Below, piece after piece: positions 13,101-25,100 of a DNA stretch of 64,000 nucleotides (within the stretch, counting starts at the first letter, position 1; each line of letters opens with the position of its first letter). The stretch is from Acanthaster planci (lineage: Eukaryota): contig NW_019091357.1 in the NCBI RefSeq assembly GCF_001949145.1, positions 3,806,228 through 3,870,227 of the forward strand, given 5' to 3'. The notes below the pieces were generated by a model. It was given only the letters and a program-made list of their open reading frames with translations, was not told the origin of the DNA and ran no database searches. Both the position numbers and the translations under genes were made by a program.

Positions 13101-16100
13101 TACCCTGAAAAAGTTTAATTTGTAATCAATTCAACCAATGCAATTGGATGTCCACTTCAGAAGATAGTCTTATATGACTTGTCACGTGATATTATTCTTA
13201 CAGTTGAGGGTTTGCTTTGTACTTGTGGAGCTTCTCACAATAGCTTAAAAATTATAATACTTACTTAAAGATAACATATACGGCTTCTTCGACTGTTGAC
13301 GTCATCACAAGAGGATGTGATATCAGTTACAGGAATTTTATTTCTTTAATGTCACGTGATATGTCACCAGATGAGGTCAGAATCAAATCAGATCAATTTG
13401 GGTATAAAACCCTTCCCTTTCCAGCCACACACAAAGTTTCAACCGCATCGGACATGTACTTTTCGAGGTATAGTGGTTTAAGGAGTTCCCCTTTAATGTC
13501 ACGTGACTTGTCTCCCGATGACGTCAACATCACATGAGGTCAATATTCCTCTAAAGTACCCCCTTCTCAAGATATCTGCAAGATTTGAACCCGATTGGTC
13601 CAGTACATCAGGAGATATAGGGCCTTCAAGAGTTCGACTTTAATGTCACGTGACTTGTCTCCTCATGACGTCATCATCACATAAGGTCAATTTTCCTCTA
13701 AAGCACTCTCTATTCAAGGTATCTGCAAAATTTGAACCCAATCGGACATGTACGCCAGAGGATATAGGGCCTTAAAGAGTATATTCTCCGTTGATATGGG
13801 TATGCATGCGAACCCCGCCTTATTTGCATAATCATAAATATGCCTTGCACACTAGAAACCAAAAAATCATTGATAATATCTATCATAAGAGTAACTGATT
13901 GCACATTTCACATTTTCTGTGTACAAAATATAAGAACAAAGATTGCAGGACCACTAAAGATGACATCTGTTGCACTATCCTGAACATTTTGGCGCAAAAA
14001 TGAATTTCACTTTTGATAACTGTGACTAGAAGTTGTACTGTATGATATAAATTTCGAAACTACTCTTCCATTCTCTGGCAAATGACGCCACGCTGAATCT
14101 GCAAGTTAAGGGTCTGATGTTGTCNTCAACGGAAAAGTAGAATCCACGCAAAAATAATAACATTTAACATGTTGATAACGTCCGTTATGAAATAACCAGT
14201 TATTTATGACGTCATCACTAAATGAGCTCAATATTTGCCTAAAGCACTTCCTCTCCAAGATATAAGCAAGTTTTCAACCCAGCACTAGCACCGACAGACG
14301 CATTCTATTAAAAAAACTTTACGGCTTTTGCCACTTTTAAACAATGAGACTATTTCCGGTTTAAACCAGAAGGAAGGGTCGTGTTATTTGACCTACGCGA
14401 GACGAAATCAAGACCACATTTTTTTCCTGGCACTTACTGCAAACGGAATGTTGCGGGAGGCCACAGTTGATTTTATATGGGTTTTATACATTTAAAAGAA
14501 TATTTAAGTATAAAAAAAATTTAATAATAAATCACGTGATGACGTCATCATTACATAAATATTTTAGAATTATCTTTGTTGTATAGTTAGTGCTTGCTGT
14601 AAGTTTGACGATGATCAACGATTACTAAGGTACGAAAATAGTGCCTCAAAAACGTGTACAAAGTCAAAGGGCTGAAATAAATATTAGAAAATCAATAGTA
14701 TATCACATGATGACGTCATCATGACGTCCTTTACTTACAATAATTTTTGTATCACGGTCTTTATTGGCTGTCACTTTGACAACCATCAAACATCGGAAAG
14801 GTTTTAAAATTGTACCTTGATTACGTGTACAAAGTCCAGCGCAAAAAACTCATATGCGGAAACACTGCTCCCTTAAGTTCATGTCACGTGATTTGCACTT
14901 AAACTGAAGACTTTTAATGAAATATTACTTCATATTCCGACTCTTAGGCATATTTCAAATAAAATAACAGAGCGTAAAGTACCCGATTTCTCCTTCGTCC
15001 TTATAGTAATCTTTCGCCGAAGTTAAAGACTACTTGTTCACTTGTGTTAAGTAGGAAAACGTGTACAAAACCTATGGAAAAATATGAAGTATTCAAAAAT
15101 GAATATAAAATAAGGCAGTGACGTCATCGTGATGTCATATATTAGCTATAAATCTTGTATCCGGGACTTTGTTAGCTATTATTTTGCCATCGATCAAACA
15201 TTGCAAGGTTATCAAAATTGTCCCTCGAAACGTGTACAAAGTCAATGGGCTATAAACTCGTTTGCAGAAACACTGCTCCTTTAAGTTCCTGTCACATGAT
15301 TTGCGTTTAAACTGAACACTTTTCATGAAATATTACTTCATATTCCGACTCTTCGACACATTTCAAATAAAATAACTCAGCGTAAAGTACCCGATTTCTC
15401 CTTTGTTCTTATAGTAATCTTGCACCGAAGTTAAAGACTACCTGTTCACTTGTGTCAAGTAGAAAAACGAAACGAAACAAAATTAAAAAATCAATAACAA
15501 ATAAACTACTTAAGTTATCACCGTGAATATATTCTAAGACCATCATTGGATGATGGTTCAAAGGTCTGCCAAGTCTGTAGTCGATCAAATTCAGTAAACT
15601 GCCACAGTCGACTGGTGGAAGGAATTGAGTTGAAAAAGAAGGAAAAAAATTATAATCAGAAAAACAATACTGTTTCGGCAAAGTTGCTGAAACAGCTAAT
15701 TAAGTGTTCGATTAGAATTATAATGAAGGGTCTGTAAAGCATGTCATATCGTTTCAACGGGTCGTAAATTAGTTCACACTTGAAGAAAACTTAACAATAA
15801 AACACATTACTTACGTTTTTCATACAAATTTGAATTTGTATGGAGTAGTTTTATTTCTGTTGCGCTCTTTTGTGAAGTTCAAAGTTTGGTATCTAAAGCA
15901 AGCGTATAGCAATATTCTGTATAGACGTAATTAAAGAAGAGATTTCTCCCAAATTTCTACAAAAACACTTTTTAAAGGGACTCACTTGCAAAAGCTTTGA
16001 TCATTTTCCAGAATGTGGGAAAAAATGTCTGTGTTTTTATATTGAAGGGAGTTTTTTAACTTGAAGTCACTTTGTAACCAAGTGAACCAACTACTAACCT

Positions 16101-17345
16101 CCAGCACATCTAAAATCGCGGACTGATTCTGAAGTTTGGTTAGCCTCATCAATTCTAATGCCTCTCATGCTGTCCAACAACCCAGCATATCCAACCTGTC
16201 GGCAGGCCACTTCACCATCCCCATCATCCCACATGTTCTCGCAGACATCAAGCCAGGTTGTGCCGTCTATTTGGACTTGCACTCGACCGGAGTGGGCATG
16301 GTCTCGACTGAGCTGTGGCCCAACAAGCCGAGCACTGGTGATTTCTACGAGAACAAAAAATCACGTTGAGTAATCAGATTTTTCTGCCTTGTATTACTGC
16401 CAGGCCTAACTCGATGACGAAGACTGCATATTCTACCAAACCTCGAGTCTTTACAAGCGAGGCTCATGTTTGTTTGTACCAAATTTTGCAAGACTACCAT
16501 CCAAGGTCTGCCTATGAGCTCTTCCCTCATCCTTTGTTGTTGGTTTGGGCCTTGTGGTTTGCTTATTTTGTTTTGTTATGGGAAAGGGACAACTTTTATA
16601 AAACACGCGGTGAATCTGCTACGAGATCATTCTGTCATTTTTCAATAGCCACCAATGAATTTGAATAGATTGTAGAGTAAAAGATTATTTTCTTGCATTC
16701 TTTAGACTTCCCTAACTATACGCGGGCGTTTATTTGGAGGAAAAATCTGGACAGATGTTTTCAAGGGCGTCGCTTGGGGGAGGTGTCGGGGTGTCCCCCC
16801 CCCTTGGTTAGTTTTGTTGGAAAAATCATGCTCTGTCGGCAAAATGAAAAAAACAGAGAAGGGAAAATGAAGATGAAAGGAAGGGGGAGAAAACTGAGGT
16901 AGGTGTCGTGCCAGGGAATCAAACTACACTACACTCATTTTGCGTGACTGTCCGTGGGCAAATTTCAAGTGGCACCCCCCCTTCAAATTGGGTGTTTAAT
17001 AGATGAGTTTTCAAAAGACAAGCACAACCCTTCGGCTATTGAGATGCTCTGGAGATGTCAGAGACCCAGAACCGGACGCAGAACACCGGAACGGATTGTT
17101 GGAAGACAGGGGCACTTATAGCACAAAGACTGACGCATCCGGGGGACGAATAAGTTGTTTCCGTTTCAACTATAAATAGAAAAGGGCTACTCCTTGGCCT
17201 CAGTTTCATTTCCCTGGAATTGAACAATGTAATTACGATATTGCATGGCCGGTCCAGGTCCTCCTGGCATCAGCATGGACCGACGCGGCGCTGTACACAC
17301 GATGACGAACATTACCCACACGAGATGGAAGGTGGAGCTCCTCAT
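7185..17345 (-). CDS. SRCR receptor gene B: SP-SRCR-SRCR-Ser/Thr stalk-TM-long tyrosine-motif tail (~642 aa)
   Basis: Exons 17345-17237 (MRSSTFHLVWVMFVIVCTAP...), 16344-16099 + 12927-12853 (SRCR1), 11972-11730 + 9630-9556 (SRCR2), 9346-9119 (Thr/Pro-rich stalk), 8776-8698 (TM: KYIGLALGCTVFIVCACFMVVCLLRR) and 8058-7185 (tail ending EGWVENIVYVPGPPE). All GT-AG with compatible phases; 1929 nt open frame. Confidence 0.85.
9675..9835. mobile_element. Foldback MITE flanked by TA
   Basis: CGGGCGATTCACAATAGTGCGCCTCCAAGAGTTTGC...GCAAACTCTTGTAGGTGCGCTATTGTGAAACGCCCG is nearly palindromic, with TA on both sides. Absent at the paralogous intron site near 12965. Confidence 0.8.
12400..12790 (-). mobile_element. 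RTE-clade LINE 3' fragment
   Basis: Translation KWSDRVSNAEVLQRTQSASLHIILTESRLRWFGHVFKMASDRLPQ*IF*SEVSIRVRSRGR, then after a frameshift FQDKVWDDLRHCLIEERGVEEYTAKRRAW. This matches the conserved RTE ORF C-terminus. Confidence 0.85.
13345..13780. repeat. Tandem repeat, 3 x 147 bp
   Basis: TTTAATGTCACGTGA recurs with GTCACG starting at 13351, 13498 and 13645 (period exactly 147). Copies 2 and 3 align along their whole length. Confidence 0.85.
14530..15469. repeat. Direct repeat with ~408-bp period, rich in TGACGTCA/TCACGTGA
   Basis: 14861-15061 aligns closely with 15269-15469. Related subunits start near 14531, 14701 and 15117. Confidence 0.85.
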
Positions 17346-19126
17346 GCCTCATGCACCTGAAGAGGTATAAAAAAAAACATCGATATTTGAGTCCAAAGTC
17401 GCCGAAGCTACAAATACCACCATGTTCATCAGGCTGTGGAAGTGAAACTGCACTCAAGTGAAGATTTCATTGCGGGTTTTTTAATGTGCATGTGAAATCC
17501 CAAAGGAGGAAGGCTGTCTAGTATCGTTACGTTCGATACACTATAAAAGAGAACTTGTTAAGCAATTGAACACGACAATGCTTATGTTTTGGTATATAGG
17601 TAAGTTCCATTACTAAACTCCATCCATGAAACTCTAAATGCGTTTAGCGTTTAAATTTGTGAACAAATCAATACCAGTACAGTGTAGTGAGAAGGTATAT
17701 GCAGTCTCAAAAGTATACAGTTGCTCAACGGTTCTGCAGTGGCTTATCGCTTTATGGTGTTCCCGTGTAAACACGAATGAGATAGAAGTTAATTAAGCTC
17801 TATACCTTTTATAGCAAAGGCTACGTATTGTATAGCATTTAATTTATGTGTGACTGGTCTGAGAGAAAGATAGAATTATTCATGGCCGTTAACGTCCTCT
17901 GCATATTACATGTTGCAATGACCTGGGAGAATCATTCTTTATAGTTACTAACGATCCGAAGAACTTAGCCAAGCTATCTTGCCGACATGTGACTGGCCCG
18001 GAAAAGCAGCGAAACTGAGTCATCGCGCATGGGATAAGCCAATTTGATAATTTCAGTTTCGCGGATGCATGCATGATCAACGATTTTCGTTCGAGGCAAC
18101 TTGCCACACGCGTGCAAAAATCATAGCGGATATTAAAAGAAAAGTTGAAGTTTCTTGTTTTAATAAAATTTAGAGGCTTTCGGCATTTTGTTGACAACAC
18201 CGCGGTTCACGGTACATGTATTATGAAATTCCAACCTTTTGTGCGAACGCGAGTTTCCACGTTCTTCACGACCTGAAGAAAAACTGTGAGACGCAGATCG
18301 GGTTACCAAGTCACCCATAGACGGTGCATTCATCAGTATTGTTTATCCCAGAAAAGCAGTATCAAAATTCTGTTGAACATTTTTGCTGCATGATTCTCAT
18401 TTCCATACACTGAACCGAGATCAGGAACTGTTCAAAGCGAACTGAATGCTTGTCTGCAGCAGGAGAACTTAGCACTGCAAAATTTCCAAGGTCTTCCGTT
18501 GGTAGAACTATTCATACACAGAGGAAACCGAAGCCAGAAGGTAGAAATGTGGTAATGTGGGTCAATGACGAGATCCGCATGATCGTCAGTTGCACTGGCG
18601 TGTTGCAAGTTCCGTGTCAAAGCTATTGGAACAAATTCACAGATGTCCAAACAACAGAAATGCAATTTAATGATCGCAACAGGTTTTTGAACAGTCATTT
18701 TGACAGAAGAAAAAAGTTTATGGTGCAGAAATGTGTTATTTTTATATAGAGAAATCTGTCCTATGTCATTGTTCCAATTAACACTTCACAGAGACGACCT
18801 TTACGTATATGACGGGGCAGTAAGTTTCTGGGGTTTTTTTTTGGGGGGGTTGGCTCTAGTCTTATAGTAAGTAGCATAACTTACAGGGATCAAGGCATAA
18901 ACCGAACTCATGTCCTGACTGTGGAGTCAGCGTGCCCCTTCTATGATAAAAAAATAACCATTTTAAAACTAAACTTCTTCCTTAGTATCCCTTCCAGAAA
19001 ATTTCTCCGCCTACTGCATCTCATACTAAGAAGCCATAACACTTCAACCTTATACTTACACCAACAGAATTGGCATTATAATTAAGACAATGACTTGCTG
19101 GGTAAAACTATCCCAACGTTGCTTAC

Positions 19127-19530
19127 CTTGGCCTGTCACCCACTGCCTACGATCGCTTCTAGTGAACAAATACTCCCAAAGCTGAGTGTTCCTGGTTTTA
19201 AGTAATTGCAAAAAATCGATCTCGACAATTTTTCCGTCCGTGGTTTCACATCAATAATAATCTCAGCAATGTAGTGAGTCCAATGACTTGCATTCGTGGT
19301 TTTGCTTCTTATACTTTCGAGCGGCGCCGTCAAAAAACAACAAAGACATGTTACAGGATTGGCACCGTTCAAAGACAAACCACTCGCACAGCATTAGTAT
19401 GCATAATGAAAGGGTAACTCGGAAAACGACACTGCTGTGTCATACAACCGCAACAGACCGGTAAGATTAAGCGCAAGTTTCCTGTTTGCATTTTTAAAAC
19501 CTGATATTCATGCTATCCAGTGGCATTCGC
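19127..19530 (-). promoter_or_regulatory. Putative non-coding first exon and promoter of gene B
   Basis: Perfect donor CAAG|gtaagc at 19127. Shares ordered motifs with 5139-5550. Confidence 0.5.
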
Positions 19531-19623
19531 TCTCTGCGCAATGACCAAAATGGTAAAAAATAATACGAAAGCGAGGCTGAACTTGCAGAGTCCATCCAAG
19601 AATCAATAATCAAGACCCCTGCT

Positions 19624-19740
19624 TTTAAATTACGGGTTTTTCCCTTACCCAACTTATAAATTTATAAACACTGTACTACTGTGCTTGTCCGAGAGCTTGC
19701 AAATATATACACTGGGTAAGGGCAAAACCCGTAATTTAAA
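19624..19740. mobile_element. 117-bp MITE-like element with 28-bp terminal inverted repeats
   Basis: TTTAAATTACGGGTTTTTCCCTTACCCA (19624-19651) versus TGGGTAAGGGCAAAACCCGTAATTTAAA (19713-19740), 1 mismatch. Confidence 0.7.
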
Positions 19741-22192
19741 TTAACATTTCCCCAACGCAAAGTACATCTTGAAAAGAAAAGTGGCCTACAATTGCTAGTG
19801 CTACCACCCCCACCCCCACCCCAACCATGCGAACTGCTCCAAATCTATTAGGCTGATGTGTAAAGAGTGGCAGGAAAAGAAGGGCAGGGTCAAGTTTCAT
19901 CCACCCTTGGATGCTTCACTGTAACTCAGTTCTAAATAATTCATATACTACCCTGACTTTCTCTCATTGTGAAAAAAAATGAATGAACAATCATTTACTT
20001 TGTCATTTTTCCTCTCTATAGTTTATTAGTATTTGCATGCCCTTATGCGCAACTTTCTGTAATTATGTTGTCAGTATCTTCGTTTCCACGTCATTTACCC
20101 ATTTCCTTCACTGGAAGGAATGACGTGAGTGGACTGAAAAGTCTATAGGTTAACAACAGGAATAAATACCCAAACTTCAAACAATCGGGGAAAATACAAG
20201 TTTCTCAGGTGTTCGAGACACGTATCAAATTAAAGTTCATTTCCACATCTATCATTTTCCTATCAATTTTCGGGGCTTAACCGATGACTGTTGAAGACCA
20301 GAGATGATCATCCCTCAAAACAGTCATGAGGCTACATACAGTGACAGTCTTTCCATGCACGATTTCGACTGTTACATGGAAAGCATATTTTTCCTTTCAC
20401 TTTCTCTGTTTTGTCTGCTTTGTCACAAAACAGTAGCGCGAAAATATTTGCCATAACGCTACCACAATAATAAATGTAAATAAACATGCAAAGAAACACC
20501 TCCAACAAGCAACCAAAAACGAAACCAAATCATACAAAAGTCCCCAGTCCTTTTGCACGACCTCAACCAGAAAATGACGAAGCAGTATGCTTCCCGCTTC
20601 AGAACAACATGGCCTTGTGAGTAAGGGTTATCTATAAACACACACGAAAGCATAGTATTTTTACATGTACAAAAACAGACCCACAGTGGTGGAAATGAAC
20701 CGTAACCAATGCATTATTTATTTACCATGCGTCATAAGCACGCTCATCTCCCATGAAATACGGCCTTTTTTTCTGGATACTGACTCTCAGCCTAAAAATG
20801 TACGCTGTCATTTTGGGGGTATGTGGTTACAATAGGAGGGCGATAGTTGGTTTGGGTAAAATATCTTGTGTTATTACTCCAAATTTACCCTCCTCAAATA
20901 GCGCCCTTCTCTTGTGTCGTCATGCTTCAAAAAGGCCGTAAGTTGCAACATGTGGACTGCGCAGTGTGGCACATAACCTGTGTTTGATTCAGTGCAGAAT
21001 TTCATACTGCAACACTTAAGGTGTCTTGCCCCGGACCGTTTTCATTTGATTGAAGAGCACACAGTTTCTTGGATGCCTGTGTCTCATAAAACTTAGACCT
21101 TCGAGAAGTCCAGGTCTCTTCGAACTCCCAGCCTCGCATGCACCTGCTATATGTAGTTATCAATCTTCTGCGGACCGAGTCAAGCATGTAACAGATGAGT
21201 TCAAAGGGTCCTCCTCATTTTCCCTCAAAGCAATCTTGTTTAAAAAAAAACAAAAACAAAAGCTGAAATATCTTGAGGCCCTGACACGAATTAGCGAAAT
21301 AATGTAGGCCTCCTGGTTTAATTTGTGTGTGCAAAATATAAAAAAATAATGAATTTACTACACGTCACTACTAAAATGAATCATTAAGTAAGGTACAACA
21401 CGGCCAAAGGTCCCAACACTCTCAGTGAAATCAATAAAAACAGACAACAGTGAAATTCTGAGCACAGGTTAAAGTAGGAAAATAGTTGGAAGTACTGTAC
21501 ACGACGGTCGGGTCGTGTCGTGAAGTTTAACTTAAGTGAAATGATATCCGCCTTTATTAAAGAGAAATTCATGGCTCACATAAAGCTCTTTTCTAAGTTA
21601 TAAAAACAGTATGTCCCATGACACTAAAAATCTCCTCGATCAGTTCCACAGGAAGATGAACAGTGTAATTTTTCCCGACTCGTCCCAGAGTTGTTGACCT
21701 TTTTACGTAATCCACGCGGACACACATTGGAAACTTCCTTTATTAAACATCATGAACATCTCCTGTGATCAGTGTGCTCAAAATTGAAGTAAAAATCAGC
21801 GCAGTTTGGTGGCGGGAGTTGAAGAGAGTAGAATTCAAGTTATAACCAAGTTATTCTTATCTGGAACAGACCTTGGTCCTGATGAGGCCACACTTAATCA
21901 CGTGTGTGCTTTCCTACAGCGCTCAGTGGACAGTGGACACTAACTGGCTCCATAGAAAAGTGCGTATGTAAACAACGTTTGATGTCATCAGCATATAGGC
22001 CTATTCCCTCCTTTTAAAGGTGTGACATTGCAGCTTCCATCTCGTCTTTGCAGTTCACGACTATTTGAGGGTATGTTTTGAACGGGCACTAAGCCCGAGA
22101 AGTAGATCTCCACAACATGCGTATGTCTGCCACTGTCAGTGACTGAGAACTCAGTTTCGATTTTCCTGTCAGATGGCTTCCTTTTCTGTTCG

Positions 22193-25100
22193 CTACCGTG
22201 CATCGGGTGGGAGGCTGTAGTACACAGAATCCTCCCCAGCAACCTCCTCTGCCTCCATTGGCTTCGATTCCCGGGGCTGTGCTCCCTGAAGCACCTGGGC
22301 GTCGCCGCTGAACCTGGACGCGTCCACATACGAATACTCGTTCTCGTTAACCTCTGGACTCGGCAGGCGTGCCTTGTCGACCCGCGAGGCCTTCTGCCTG
22401 GCTGCCACCGGTGGCTTGGCGATGACGATTCGGTTGTCGGTCCACTTAGCGTTGACGGGGGAGCTGCCGTCCTGGCAATCGGGGTAAAGCTCAAGATACT
22501 CCGGGATGTCTCTCTCCGAGGACTGATGCGAGCCGGGCTTCCGCAGCAATGTGTACGGTCCTTCCTCGTCCTTTAATGGCGGGGCAAGGTCCTGGTACTC
22601 TGTGTTAGCGTTGGGGGAGGTCTGGTACCTCGGCACACCATGTGGCTCGGAGTAGGTATTGCCTTGATGATCCCCAGCAGTTGTGTTTCCCTGTTTGTCA
22701 AGTCTTCGCCTCCTGATCGAAAATGAAATATAAATTTATAGCCTACGATATGCGTTCTTGTGAAGAAGAAACGGCAGCAAAATCCTGCTCAGAATGTGAA
22801 CACTCAGACCAAGTGTAACAAGCCCACGCTAGTTAAAGAATGCTAACAGGAGATTGTTGCATCAATGGATATTGAAACTAGACAATACTGTGACAAAGGC
22901 TAATTGCTATTTGATACAGGAGCGAATTCACATAGACCTACCTTTTTCGTATGATAAATACGATAAAAATACCAACAAGTAGTAGCAATACGACTAAGGC
23001 CAAGACTATCCCAGCTACTTTTCCTGAAACGAGAAATGTTTCAAACGAATTTCAGTTCGTCTTTTGGACTCATTCATTTTTTTATAAGTATTGTTTTTTA
23101 TAGAAATAAGGTGCTCTCCCATGGTCCAATGGTCCAACGGTAAAGTAACTGAATGGAAGAATTCTTCAGAAGTACGAGGGTGTAGTGGGGAATGCAGTTT
23201 CGAATTTTATCTTTTTGGGGACAAATTGTTTACCACGTCTTGCCGATTTGTTAATGAATGCATCAAAAGGGTTAAGGTCTCTTTTTGAATACTACAGTTT
23301 CTGAAATTTAGCGGCCTCGTTTTCTGGAGTCCATGACTGGACTTCTTTACAACAGCGCTCTCGTGACTCCTTAAACAGTCTGAATAAATCTTGTTCACTC
23401 GTTCAAAATAACCACACGGCAGGAGATATTACGATGTTCCTTGAATGTCCAGGTACACTTTCCTTGTCTGTTTTAAATACTACAAATCATTTGTTTTTAA
23501 TAATCTTACCTGCACTGCTAGTGCCCGATTCTTCATCGTCACCTGACCCAGAGTTTGGTGTCGTTGATATCGGCCAATCTGCGACAAAATCACGCTTGTT
23601 AAAATCCAACGCGAGTTAAGAAGTAATGTTGCAGCTTATGGCCTCATTTTATCTGCGACAATTATGAAAAGACAATTACCGCAAGTGTTTTTGACCTCAA
23701 CGGTAGGTACGAAAGGACCCAGTCTAAGACAATACCTTGAAGCACCACTTAAAGTTAAATCCGCTAAGAGCTAGAACAGGTACTAGTAGGCGCCACCGTT
23801 CATTTCTTCTTTTTTGAAATTTGCCCGGAGCAAAGTAATATCTTAAAGCGATGCAAGCGCTGAAATGAATGCAAATTAGCTTTGCAATTTGGCGCGCGAG
23901 AGGGCACAAGTTGTTGACGTTTAAATCAGTACACATGCACATAGAGTCGGCCAACAGTATGTACATGGAACTCGGGAAATGGATGTCGAAATCTCCTGAA
24001 GGAAAGAGCACGTGAATCGTTTTATTCAAAGTCCAAGGACGGCAGAGATACCTTTGCAATAAGACATGAAAATAATCTTTGTTAGGGGGATAAGAAGACT
24101 GAACTTAGTCAATACCAAGGTGTGCTTTTCTCGGTTCAACTTAATATATTCTAACTTATTCCTTTCTGATAATTGACCTGTATTTTCAAGGCATTCCTGT
24201 GCCGATATTGCCGCTTTTCTTTCTAACGAGAAAGTACGGATAGAAACGGCTACATTGAAACCACCCATCAGATACCCATGGAACAATGGGCGAAGAGGTA
24301 CCCATGAAGGGGCACGATGAACCCACCCATACTGTTTCTCTGCCTCTGGTTCCAGTGAGTGAGGTCTGCATTTCAATATTATCCACAAAGGGGTTGCTTA
24401 CATCTGCACTGCGGCACCGGCTCGTCCCACCTCACTTCTTGGGGTGAATCGCCCAGCACGCACCTCGCCAAATTTGATCCCACTAGCTCGAAACCGTCAG
24501 GGCAGAAGAAGGTGACGTTGGCGCCGTAGCGGAACGCCTCGCCACCGGCCGATGTGCGCTCGCCGTTAGCCGGGGTCCCCGGGTCCGTGCAGTATCCCAG
24601 CGTCACTGAAATTCAGTAAAGAGTTTGAAAAATTGGAGACTCGTATTTCAACTCTAATACCAACGAAGAGCAGTTTCAGATCTCATCAATCAGATTACAG
24701 ATTGCCGTAATTCTGCAAGAGTTATTTCCAATAGACTTTTTGCATACAACTATTTAAAGCAGGTTTGGAGTTCAGGTCAAAAAACAACTACGGAGGAGAA
24801 ACGAAAAGCCTGAAAATCGAAAGCGAACTTTGAAGAAAAACTTGACCTTCTGGTACCAAACTTTACATCATTTGAAAAATTCTGCAAAACTCCCATGCTA
24901 ATATTTTACATAGAGTGAAACAACTCTATCTCTTCCTAATTGCTTGCACTGTACTACATGTATTTGGATTCCCTGCAACTGTGGGCAGTGCTATGTTACA
25001 TCTCTCTTTGAATAGTTTTGTTGACGGTTAGAATTACCAACACCATAAACTAGCCCATGCACCTTTCATCGTAATTTCCTGTAGAGAGCTTTATGTGCTT

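Noticed and set aside
13345..13780. Regularly spaced repeats considered as a CRISPR array
   Set aside because: Whole units are homologous with no unique spacers, the context is eukaryotic, and there are no cas genes.
14125..14125. Single N base
   Set aside because: Assembly ambiguity or join rather than biology; noted only as a caveat for the surrounding repeat and duplication.
17036..17170. Possible extra exon in gene B (ETETTYSSPGCVSLC...)
   Set aside because: It has an acceptor but no convincing donor before an in-frame stop, and no recognisable domain.
21988..22576. Alternative-frame and antisense ORFs (168 aa and 145 aa) over the gene C tail
   Set aside because: Shadow ORFs of a GC-rich exon; only the frame ending at 22193 is in phase with the TM exon.
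24186..24365. Possible exon just after the CCP exon
   Set aside because: It would need a 36-nt intron and encodes no recognisable domain.
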